From: Trueperaceae bacterium
GTDB lineage: Bacteria; Deinococcota; Deinococci; Deinococcales; Trueperaceae
Direction of reading: 5' to 3'
NCBI GenBank assembly: GCA_040905465.1
Contig: JBBDRK010000029.1
Span: 1-22,469, forward strand
Length of the DNA stretch: 22,469 nt
This document shows positions 1 through 7,722 of this stretch, piece by piece. The translations under genes were made by a program, and so were the position numbers. The notes beneath the pieces were generated by a model. It was not told the origin of the DNA. It did not search any database and saw nothing but the letters and a program-made list of their open reading frames with translations. How positions within the stretch are numbered: the first letter of the stretch is position 1; each line of letters starts with the position of its first letter.

Positions 1-566
1 TCGGCCCAGCGCTCGGGATCGCCCGCTGCAGCCAACAGCTCGGCCCGCGCTCGCACGATGCCCGGTTCCTGCGCTAGCGAGGCCAGCAACCTCAGTTCGC
101 TCGCCGTCAGCTCCACCGGCTTCCCGTCGCAGGTCGCCCGGTAGCGGGCCAGGTCGACCTCGACCCGGCCGGACCGGAAGACTTGCGGCTGCGGCAACCC
201 TCCGCCGGCCCGCCGCAGCACCGCCTTGATGCGCGCGACCACCTCTCGCGGGCTGTACGGCTTGACCACGTAGTCGTCGGCGCCCAGGCCGAGACCTACC
301 AGCTTGTCGACCTCTTCGTCGCGCGCCGTGAGCATTATGATAGGTACCGCCGACTCGGAGCGCACGCGACGGGCGACCTCAAGGCCGTCGATCCCCGGCA
401 ACATCAGGTCGAGCAGGATCAGGTCGGGGGCCGCGGCGCGCCACAACTCCAGCGCCCGGGCCCCGTCCTTGGCGCGCTCGGTGCGGAAACCCTCGCGGCG
501 CAGGTACTCCTCGAGGATCTCCGCCAGACGCGCCTCGTCTTCGACTATCAATATCGTGGCGTCCAC
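1..566 (-). CDS. OmpR/PhoB-family response regulator (3' end runs off the window)
   Basis: Manual minus-strand translation from GTG at 566: MDATILIVEDEARLAEILEEYLRREGF...PDLILLDLMLPGIDG...PIIMLTARDEEVDKLVGLGLGADDYVVKPYSPREVVARIKAVLRR. A winged-helix region follows (VELTASELRLL). Absent from the ORF track because no stop falls inside the window. Confidence 0.93.
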   Translation of the reverse strand, partial: MDATILIVEDEARLAEILEEYLRREGFRTERAKDGARALELWRAAAPDLILLDLMLPGIDGLEVARRVRSESAVPIIMLTARDEEVDKLVGLGLGADDYVVKPYSPREVVARIKAVLRRAGGGLPQPQVFRSGRVEVDLARYRATCDGKPVELTASELRLLASLAQEPGIVRARAELLAAAGDPERWA

Positions 567-630
567 TGCTCCCACGATAGCGCCTGCCACTTACGGCGCC
601 CTCTGAGCCCGGGCCGGCGCTTCACGGCGC

Positions 631-1029
631 TCAGCCTGTCAGGCCCTTCTTGATCGTCTCGAACTCCTCCCGGCTGATCTCCCCTTCGGCGAAGCGCATG
701 CGCGCCAGCTCCAGGGCGCTGTCGCGACCTTCGAACCAGGACCGCACCGGAGCGCCGGAACCGCGCTGGCTGTCCTGCTTGAGTCCCTGACGCAACGTCT
801 CGTACTCCTCGGCGCCGATCTCGCCGCGAGCCAGCCGCTCCCGTGCTGTCCGCACGGCGTCGTCGTCCGCCTGCGCGCGGTGGTCCCAGCCGCGATAGCG
901 CCAGGGGCCGCCGCGGAAGACGAACTTGATCGCCCAGAACAGTAGGACGATGAAGAGGATCGTCCCTATGAAGTTGAGGAACCCGAAGCCGAATCCCATG
1001 CCGTGACCGAAACCGAATGCGTATGCCAT
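631..1029 (-). CDS. Small membrane protein with two tandem SHOCT-like domains
   Basis: ATG at 1029 after an AAGGAG RBS. Gly/Phe-rich N-terminus, one TM helix, then two repeats: ARERLARGEIGAEEYETLR and ARMRFAEGEISREEFETIK. Confidence 0.85.
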   Translation of the reverse strand: MAYAFGFGHGMGFGFGFLNFIGTILFIVLLFWAIKFVFRGGPWRYRGWDHRAQADDDAVRTARERLARGEIGAEEYETLRQGLKQDSQRGSGAPVRSWFEGRDSALELARMRFAEGEISREEFETIKKGLTG

Positions 1030-1086
1030 TGCTCGCTCCTTTCGACCGGCGCCGGCCCAGGGCCGTCCCGCCTGTCTGTGTTGCAC

Positions 1087-1141
1087 AGGCTAGTGCGACG
1101 CTCGTGAACGACGCTGGTTCGGTTCGTGAAGGCCGCGTGAA
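1087..1141 (-). promoter_or_regulatory. Putative response-regulator-activated promoter: -10 TAGCCT plus phased TTCACG direct repeats
   Basis: On + strand CGTGAA occurs at 1103, 1125 and 1136 (spacings 22 and 11 bp). AGGCTA at 1087-1092 reads TAGCCT on the - strand. Confidence 0.55.
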
Positions 1142-1226
1142 CGCGCCGGCAGGGCGTGACACGCTTCTATGAAGGTTGGGCGCTTGTCTGAAGGTAGGCC
1201 ACGACTCGCCGCTGGGCTCGCCCGTG

Positions 1227-1241
1227 CCTTATTATTTAAGG
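1227..1241 (+). promoter_or_regulatory. -10 (TATTAT 1230-1235) embedded in palindrome CCTTA-N5-TAAGG; likely leaderless start of the radical SAM gene
   Basis: AT-rich inverted repeat directly before ATG 1243, with the -10 hexamer 7 nt upstream of the ATG. Confidence 0.45.
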
Positions 1242-1242
1242 T

Positions 1243-2964
1243 ATGCGGGCCAAGCGGAACCTCGATGACGGCCGGGTCGACGATGCGGCAGCTGGGGAGG
1301 GCCAAAACGCGAGCGGGCAAAGGCCACCTCCGCCGCGAGGCCGCGGCGCTGTAGGCAATCGCGGCTCGCGTTTCGATCCGCTCCAATTCGAGCCAGACCC
1401 GGACGCCTACGAGCCGGAAGACGATCTCGAAAAGCAGACGCGCTACCTGAGAGACAACAGCCGCTCGATCATCAGCCGCAACAACAGCCCTGACATCCCC
1501 TTCGACATCTCGCTTAATCCGTATCGAGGATGCGAGCATGGGTGCTCATATTGCCAAGCGGGTGATACGCCGATTCTGATGGCCGACGGGCGTTACCGTG
1601 CGATCGAGTCGCTCCGAAGAGGCGATCGGATTTACGGCACTCTTCAACAGGGACATTACCGGCGCTTCGTGCGCACAGAGGTGTTGGCTCACTGGAGCTC
1701 TTACAGGCACGCCTATCGCGTCACTTTGGGGGACGGTACCGAACTCATAGCGAGCGGTGACCACAGGTTCCTGACGGAGCGCGGCTGGAAGCATGTAACC
1801 GGCTCGGAACAGGGTCGAGACAGGCGTCCGCATCTGACGCTCAACAACCGGCTGTTGGGGACCGGCAAATTCACGAAGTCGCCGGAGCCCAACGAGTCAT
1901 ACAGACAGGGTTACCTGTGCGGAATGACACGTGGCGACGGGTTCCTCGGCTCGTACCCGTACCTGAGGAAAAATCCGGCAATAAGCCGCAAACGTTCGAT
2001 CGAAGGCCAAGCCATCAAGAACTCGGTGGACTTGAGGGTCATGAGTATCGAGGACCTGGGCGTCGAGATCCCCATGTTCGACATCACCACCGGCACCGGC
2101 GACTTCATCGCCGACGGCGTGGTCAGCCACAACTGCTACGCCCGCCCCACCCACGAGTACTTGGGCTTCTCGCCGGGTCTCGACTTCGAGCGGATGATCA
2201 TGGTCAAGGAGGACGCGCCCAAGCTGCTCGAGCGTGAACTCCGCAAGCCCTCCTGGGAGCCGAAGACGATGCTGCTCTCGGGCGTGACCGACCCGTATCA
2301 ACCGGTCGAGAGGAAGCTCGAGCTGACGAGGTCCTGCCTTGAAGTCCTGCGCGATTTCCGCCACCCCGTCAGCGTGATAACCAAGAATCATCTGGTCACC
2401 CGCGACATCGACATCCTCGCCGAGCTGGCCGGGTACCATGCTTCGCACGTGACCCTGTCGATTACCACGCTGAACGAGGAGTTGCGCCGAAAGCTCGAGC
2501 CACGGACCAGCACCGGCCAGAGGCGGGTAGACGCGGTCAGGGAGCTGAGCGCCGCCGGTATTCCTGTCAGCGTCAACATCGCTCCCATCATCCCCGGCCT
2601 GAACGACGAAGAGATCCCGGCGATTCTCAGCGCCGCGGCCGAGGCCGGAGCGAGAAGCGCCCACTTCATCCTGGTGCGCCTGCCGGGCGCCGTCGAGGGG
2701 ATCTTCTCGGCTTGGCTCGAGGCGCACTACCCGCAGCGCAAGGAGAAGGTACTGGGTCGGTTGCGAGGCGCCCGGGGCGGCAAGCTCAACGAAGCGGCGT
2801 TCGGCAAGCGGATGCGAGGCGAAGGGCCGTACGCCGAGAGCATCCGATCGATGTTCCATGTCAACAGGAAGCGCCACGGGCTGTCCGAACGTTCTTTTTC
2901 TCTGACCGGCGAGCACTTCCGGATACCGGGCTCGAGCAGCCAACCCGGGTTGTTCGAGTCATAG
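1243..2964 (+). CDS. PA0069/Rv2578c-family radical SAM protein (SplB-related, putative DNA repair), intein-containing
   Basis: NNSPDIPFDISLNPYRGCEHGCSY|CYARPTHEYLG after intein removal. SGVTDPYQPVE, ITKNHLVTRD and LEPRT motifs are typical of this family. Confidence 0.92.
   Translation: MRAKRNLDDGRVDDAAAGEGQNASGQRPPPPRGRGAVGNRGSRFDPLQFEPDPDAYEPEDDLEKQTRYLRDNSRSIISRNNSPDIPFDISLNPYRGCEHGCSYCQAGDTPILMADGRYRAIESLRRGDRIYGTLQQGHYRRFVRTEVLAHWSSYRHAYRVTLGDGTELIASGDHRFLTERGWKHVTGSEQGRDRRPHLTLNNRLLGTGKFTKSPEPNESYRQGYLCGMTRGDGFLGSYPYLRKNPAISRKRSIEGQAIKNSVDLRVMSIEDLGVEIPMFDITTGTGDFIADGVVSHNCYARPTHEYLGFSPGLDFERMIMVKEDAPKLLERELRKPSWEPKTMLLSGVTDPYQPVERKLELTRSCLEVLRDFRHPVSVITKNHLVTRDIDILAELAGYHASHVTLSITTLNEELRRKLEPRTSTGQRRVDAVRELSAAGIPVSVNIAPIIPGLNDEEIPAILSAAAEAGARSAHFILVRLPGAVEGIFSAWLEAHYPQRKEKVLGRLRGARGGKLNEAAFGKRMRGEGPYAESIRSMFHVNRKRHGLSERSFSLTGEHFRIPGSSSQPGLFES
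1552..2133 (+). mobile_element. Intein (194 aa) with a remnant LAGLIDADG block; homing endonuclease largely deleted
   Basis: N-terminal CQAGDTPILMADG (block A), ASGDHRFLT (block B), GYLCGMTRGDG (LAGLIDADG-like block C), MFDITTGTGDFIADGVVSHN (blocks F/G), followed by Cys+1. Confidence 0.92.
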
Positions 2965-3087
2965 TGATGGGAGGAGCTCGCCTCGCGACGGGCGCCGCGT
3001 CTTGGCCAATTCGGACGTATCGTACGGAACATGGCTGTACCGACCATGGCGTTGCGAGTCGACCGATGACACGATGAACGAACCGCG

Positions 3088-5301
3088 ATGAGCGAGCGCA
3101 GCCTCTTCCAGAGCGACCTCGACCAGCCGCTGGCCGCCCGAATGCGGCCGCGCACCCTCGACGAGTTCATCGGCCAGGGGCACATCCTGGCGCCGGGCCG
3201 GCTGTTGCGCCGCGCCATCCAGGCCGATCAACTCTCCAGCCTGATCTTCTTCGGTCCGCCCGGCACCGGCAAGACCACGCTGGCGCGGGTGATCGCCAAC
3301 TCGACCAAGGCGCACTTCACCGCCATGAACGCGGTCCTCTCCGGCGTCAAGGACATCCGCGAGGCGGTCAAGGACGCCGGTGAGCGGCAGCGCATGGGCC
3401 GCCGCACCATCCTCTTCGTCGACGAAGTTCACCGCTTCAACAAGGCGCAGCAGGACGCGCTGCTGCCCTGGGTCGAGAACGGCACCGTCATCCTGATCGG
3501 CGCAACCACCGAGAACCCCTACTTCGAGGTGAACAAGGCGCTGGTCAGCCGCTCGCGCATCTTCCAGCTCAAGCCGTTGGAAGCCGAGGACCTGCGGGCG
3601 GTGGCGGGCCAGGCTCTCGCCGATGGCGATCGCGGTTTCGGCCGGCTCGACGTGGAGCTCGACGACGACGCACTCGAGCACCTGGTAAACGTCTCCAACG
3701 GTGACGCGAGAGCGCTGCTCAACGCACTCGAACTGGCGGTGACAACGACTCCTCCAGATGATGACGGCGTTATCCGGATCAGCGAAGAGGTGGCCGAGGA
3801 GAGCATCCAGCGGCGCGCGGTGCTCTACGACAAGGAGGGCGACGCCCACTTCGACACCATCAGCGCCTTCATCAAGAGCCTGCGCGGCTCCGACCCGGAC
3901 GCTGCGCTGTACTGGATGGGCAAGATGGTCTACGCCGGCGAGGACCCGCGCTTCATCTTCCGACGCATGATAATCGCCGCATCCGAGGACGTCGGCCTGG
4001 CCGACCCGTCCGCGCTGTCGGTGGTCATGGCTGCCGCCCAGGCGTTCGACTACGTGGGAATGCCGGAGGGGCGCTTCCACCTGGCGCAGGCCGCTCTGTA
4101 CCTGGCCACGGCGCCCAAGAGCAACTCCGCCATGGGCTTCTTCGACGCCCTGGCGGCGATCGAGCGCGAACGCGAGGCGGAGGTCCCCAACCACTTGCGC
4201 GACGCCTCGCGCGACAAGGAAGGCTTCGGACACGGCGAGGGATACCTCTACCCGCACGCCTATCAGGATCATTGGGTGGCGCAGCAGTACCTGCCCGAAG
4301 CGCTGCAGGGGAAGGTCTTCTACCGCCCCAGCGAGCAGGGTTACGAGCGAAAGGTTCGCGACGATGTAGCGCGCCAGCGTGAGGCGCAGTTGGCGGCGAT
4401 GCTCGAGCCCGGATTCGCCGCCCCTCCCGAAGTGCTCACCGGCGGTCCGAACGACCGGGCGCGAGACCGCTGGCTGCAGCGCACCATCAGTCAGGCGGGC
4501 GAACGATTGAGCAAGCTGCGCGACGAGGTGTTCGAGTTGGCCCGCGTGCAGCGCCACCACCTGGTGCTCGACATCAACGCCGGTACCGGATTGCTCACCT
4601 GGGAAGCGGTTCGCCGGGCGCCCGAGGGGCGAGTGTGGAGTCTCGCGCGCACGGCGGAGGAGGCCCGCGCGCTCAGCCAGCAGGCGGAGGCGCTGCCGGA
4701 GCTCGAGCGGCCGGCGGTGACTGCCGGCTCGCTCGACGACCTGCGACTGCGACTGGAACAGGAGGGGGACGGCCAGGTTCGCTTCGACATCGTTCTCGGC
4801 CGGTCGCTCCTGAGTGAGGCCGACGATCAGTACTCGCTGACCAACGCCCTGGCAGAGCTCATGAGCGACGGAGGCCGGCTGGTGAGCGCCGAGCCGTACG
4901 CCGCTATGGGTCAGCGACTGTACCGGCTGGTCGAACCCGATTCCTTGGACGTAGCCCTGCTCGGGCGCTGGAGCCAGGCGGAAGAGGCTTTGTACGAGCA
5001 GGCCAGTGAGACGCGCTTCCGCTGGCGGCCGGCGGAGGCGCAAAGCGCTTTGGCGCAGGCCGGTTTCCGGGAAGTACGCGTCCACGAGACGCCTGCAGTG
5101 CTGCAGCGCCGTGTCACTCCGGCGATGCTGCAGGGCTGGTTCCCTACTGACGGGGAAGCGGAAGCTGGATCCTACGCCGGCAGGCTGGCCCAGTCCCTCT
5201 CCGAGGACGAGCTGAAGGAAGTGGAGCGGCGCCTGCGGCGGCTGACCAACGCCACCGTCAGTTGGCGGGCGGGCACCGCGGTAATCGAAGCGCTTCGCTG
5301 A
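3088..5301 (+). CDS. rarA: Replication-associated recombination protein A (RarA/MgsA AAA+ ATPase) with a C-terminal class I methyltransferase-like domain
   Basis: PLAARMRPRTLDEFIGQ, Walker A GPPGTGKTT, Walker B ILFVDEVHRFNKAQQD, GATTENPYF, SAFIKSLRGSDPDAA and ASEDVGLADP. An extra ~290-aa C-terminus carries VLDINAGTG. Confidence 0.92.
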   Translation: MSERSLFQSDLDQPLAARMRPRTLDEFIGQGHILAPGRLLRRAIQADQLSSLIFFGPPGTGKTTLARVIANSTKAHFTAMNAVLSGVKDIREAVKDAGERQRMGRRTILFVDEVHRFNKAQQDALLPWVENGTVILIGATTENPYFEVNKALVSRSRIFQLKPLEAEDLRAVAGQALADGDRGFGRLDVELDDDALEHLVNVSNGDARALLNALELAVTTTPPDDDGVIRISEEVAEESIQRRAVLYDKEGDAHFDTISAFIKSLRGSDPDAALYWMGKMVYAGEDPRFIFRRMIIAASEDVGLADPSALSVVMAAAQAFDYVGMPEGRFHLAQAALYLATAPKSNSAMGFFDALAAIEREREAEVPNHLRDASRDKEGFGHGEGYLYPHAYQDHWVAQQYLPEALQGKVFYRPSEQGYERKVRDDVARQREAQLAAMLEPGFAAPPEVLTGGPNDRARDRWLQRTISQAGERLSKLRDEVFELARVQRHHLVLDINAGTGLLTWEAVRRAPEGRVWSLARTAEEARALSQQAEALPELERPAVTAGSLDDLRLRLEQEGDGQVRFDIVLGRSLLSEADDQYSLTNALAELMSDGGRLVSAEPYAAMGQRLYRLVEPDSLDVALLGRWSQAEEALYEQASETRFRWRPAEAQSALAQAGFREVRVHETPAVLQRRVTPAMLQGWFPTDGEAEAGSYAGRLAQSLSEDELKEVERRLRRLTNATVSWRAGTAVIEALR

Positions 5302-5404
5302 TCGAGCTACCGGCCGGTTGGGGCGTGACGAAAGAGCCGGAGTAGCGCTATGACGTCACCTATGTCGACGGCGTCAGCGAGCCCCCGAGAGTGACTGCCC
5401 AGCA

Positions 5405-5436
5405 CGCTTCGACATCGTTCTCGGCCGCGCGCTCCT
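5405..5436 (+). repeat. Intergenic near-duplicate (30/32 nt) of rarA coding segment 4780-4811
   Basis: CGCTTCGACATCGTTCTCGGCCGcgCGCTCCT versus CGCTTCGACATCGTTCTCGGCCGgtCGCTCCT; translates [11 protein letters not shown] versus [11 protein letters not shown]. Confidence 0.85.
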
Positions 5437-5483
5437 CGGGTCGGTCGCATTCGGGACAGGGACGGTCGGCTGTAGAATGCCGC

Positions 5484-5978
5484 ATGCGACTCTCGGCGAC
5501 GGACATCTACGCTCTGCAGGCGCTGGGGTTCCTGGCTACCCAGCCTGACGACAGCTGGGTAGCCAGTGAGGACGTCAGCCAAGCGACCGGCGTCCCCCGC
5601 CCGTACCTGGTGCGCATCCTGGCGGCTCTTACCACCAACGGAGTAATCAGCTCGAAAAAGGGTGTGGGGGGCGGCTATCGATTGTCACGAGTACCGGAGG
5701 AGATAAACCTGCGCGACGTGATGCGGGCAATCGATGGACCCGTGGCACCGTTATCGTGCATCAGCCTCAAGTGGCACCAGCCGTGCCCGGAAGAGGACCG
5801 TTGCCACGCGCGGAGCAGCATCTGGCGCAGGCTGCGGGACGCGGTGCTGACAGTGCTGGCGGAGTTCACGGTAGCGGACCTGGCCGTCGATTTCGCTCAG
5901 GGTGTCGACTACCGGCCGTGCCTCGAGCATCTGCTGCGGCCGAACGAGCCACGGATTGCCGGCGGAAGTCAACCGTGA
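5484..5978 (+). CDS. Rrf2-family transcriptional regulator, probably Fe-S binding
   Basis: [17 protein letters not shown]...YLVRILAAL...[15 protein letters not shown]...[12 protein letters not shown], with Cys motif C-x8-C-x5-C. TAGAAT (5473-5478) lies 5 nt before the ATG, suggesting a leaderless start. Confidence 0.9.
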   Translation: MRLSATDIYALQALGFLATQPDDSWVASEDVSQATGVPRPYLVRILAALTTNGVISSKKGVGGGYRLSRVPEEINLRDVMRAIDGPVAPLSCISLKWHQPCPEEDRCHARSSIWRRLRDAVLTVLAEFTVADLAVDFAQGVDYRPCLEHLLRPNEPRIAGGSQP

Positions 5979-6141
5979 ACGACCACGCTCATGAGTTCTT
6001 CTGGCAGCGGGCTCGACGAACGTCGGAACTCACTGCTCGACGAGGCACGCCGCTGGTCGTTTGACCAGCTCTCCGAGCATCTGGCCTAAGCCTGACAGCG
6101 GCCGGGCCGCAAGCGAGACTCGACGGCCGAGGCAACGGAGT

Positions 6142-6564
6142 TCAGCGGTCCTGCGTCTTTTCGCGGAGTCGCTCGTTCCGTTCGGCGACCTCTGGCGTGA
6201 GGGCCTCCCCGAAATCAGCCGCCTCGAATATCGGCCGGATTTCAAGCTCGCTCGGCCCGGACATCGGATTCGGGCAGCGCGTTGCCCACTCGACGGCCTC
6301 GGCCATGTCTTTGACCTCCCAGAGCCAGAATCCAGCGACCAGCTCATTGGGGTTTGCGAAGGGACCGTCGATGACGTCGCGCTTAGCACCGTCGAAGGCA
6401 ACGCGCTTGCCCTTCGACGACGGATGCAGCCCTTCACCCGCCGTCATGATGCCGGCGTTGACCAGTTCTTCGTTGTACTTGCCCATGGCCTCGAGTAGCT
6501 CGGTCGAGGGCATGATGCCCGCTTCGCTGTCCTCTGTCGCCTTCACCATGACTATGACCCGCAT
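6142..6564 (-). CDS. YciI-family (DGPF-motif) protein
   Basis: VIDGPFANPNELVAGFWLWEV and WATRCPNP...ELEIRPIFE; AAAGGAGG RBS. Confidence 0.9.
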   Translation of the reverse strand: MRVIVMVKATEDSEAGIMPSTELLEAMGKYNEELVNAGIMTAGEGLHPSSKGKRVAFDGAKRDVIDGPFANPNELVAGFWLWEVKDMAEAVEWATRCPNPMSGPSELEIRPIFEAADFGEALTPEVAERNERLREKTQDR

Positions 6565-6638
6565 CGTGCTGCCTCCTTTGATAACTCGGGATCACCCTGC
6601 CCGCTCATTATGCGACAGTCGAAGGAGGGGAGTGTGGG

Positions 6639-7184
6639 TCACGCCGGCCGGTAGCGGAGTAAGACCGCGCCGGAGTCGAGCGGCCTCGCCTCGATGAGCT
6701 GCAGCTTGAGTCGCTCGGGGTTCGCCTTGAATAGGGGGCTGCCGTCACCGAGAACAGTAGGGCTCAAGCCGATCCGGAACTCGTCGATCAGCCCATGAGG
6801 GATGAGACTCGCCGCAAGCTCAGCGCTGCCGAAGAGATAGATGTCCTTGCCGGGCTCGCGCTTGAGCTTCGCGATTTCCTCGGGGGCATTCTCCCGGATG
6901 ATCCGGGTGTTGTTCCACTCCGCCTTCTCCAAGGTTCGCGAGACGACGATCTTCGGCAAGTCGTTCATGAAGTCGGCGATCTCGCCCTTGGCCGTGGGCC
7001 AGTGGCCCGCCATTAGCTCATAGGTGATGCGGCCAAAAAGTAGCGCGCCCGCTGCCCGGCCCTGCTCCATGGAGAGCTGCGCCATCTCTTCGCCCCAGGC
7101 GTCATCGTGCCAGCCGATGTCGCGGTTCGGTCCTTCGACGAAGCCGTCGAGCGTCATCAGGTTCCACATGATCAGTTTGCGCAT
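6639..7184 (-). CDS. Dihydrofolate-reductase-like (RibD C-terminal domain) protein
   Basis: MRKLIMWNLMTLDGFVEGP, LLFGRITYELM, PKIVVSRTL, GSAELAASL, LIDEFRI; GGAAGGA RBS. Confidence 0.88.
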   Translation of the reverse strand: MRKLIMWNLMTLDGFVEGPNRDIGWHDDAWGEEMAQLSMEQGRAAGALLFGRITYELMAGHWPTAKGEIADFMNDLPKIVVSRTLEKAEWNNTRIIRENAPEEIAKLKREPGKDIYLFGSAELAASLIPHGLIDEFRIGLSPTVLGDGSPLFKANPERLKLQLIEARPLDSGAVLLRYRPA

Positions 7185-7233
7185 GGGCCATTCCTTCCAT
7201 GTTTCGTAGATGTTCGGTGCCGTGACTCGCGCC

Positions 7234-7722
7234 TCACGGGTTGACCGACAGGAGCTTGCCGACGAAGCCGTCCAGTCGCTCCAGCGTCTCTCGGCCGCCT
7301 TCCACGGCGTGGTAATGCTCCGCCACATAATCTCGCTGCGCCTTGCTGTTGAAGAGGGTCCGGAGGTTGATCTCGGTTCTTGCTCCGCGTTCCGCGAATG
7401 TCACGGTCGTCTCGAAGGCGTTCGGATCGTCCGCGCGCTCCCCCTGCCGGTACACGATCCGCTCCGGGGGCACCATCTCGCGCCACTCGATCCAGTTCGG
7501 GTACGCGGTCCCGTCGGGCCCGTGCATCTCGAACTCCCAGACGCCGCCCGGCCGGAACTCGAAGGCGCGCGTCGCCGTCGTGAACCCCCATGGCCCGAAC
7601 CACTGCTCCAGGTGCCGGGCCTCGGTCCACGCCCTGAAAACGAGATGCCTCGGCCCGTCGATCACTCGCGAGATAACGATCTGCCGGTCCTCCTCCCGCT
7701 CGATCCTGTCATCGGTTCGCAT
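7234..7722 (-). CDS. SRPBCC/AHA1 (START-like) domain protein
   Basis: IVISRVIDGPRHLVFRAWTEARHLEQWFGP, FRPGGVWEFEMHGPDG, GGRETLERL. The start overlaps the end of the upstream ArsR gene. Confidence 0.9.
   Translation of the reverse strand: MRTDDRIEREEDRQIVISRVIDGPRHLVFRAWTEARHLEQWFGPWGFTTATRAFEFRPGGVWEFEMHGPDGTAYPNWIEWREMVPPERIVYRQGERADDPNAFETTVTFAERGARTEINLRTLFNSKAQRDYVAEHYHAVEGGRETLERLDGFVGKLLSVNP

Noticed and set aside
183-653. Plus-strand ORFs 183-653 and 304-606
   Set aside because: Antisense to a clear response regulator on the minus strand.
2959-5085. 708-aa minus-strand ORF, and similar long ORFs at 1897-2943, 8501-9499, 10670-11677, 11443-12594, 14680-15987 and 18679-20130
   Set aside because: Antisense or alternate-frame shadows of well-supported genes, as expected in high-GC DNA; no recognisable motifs.
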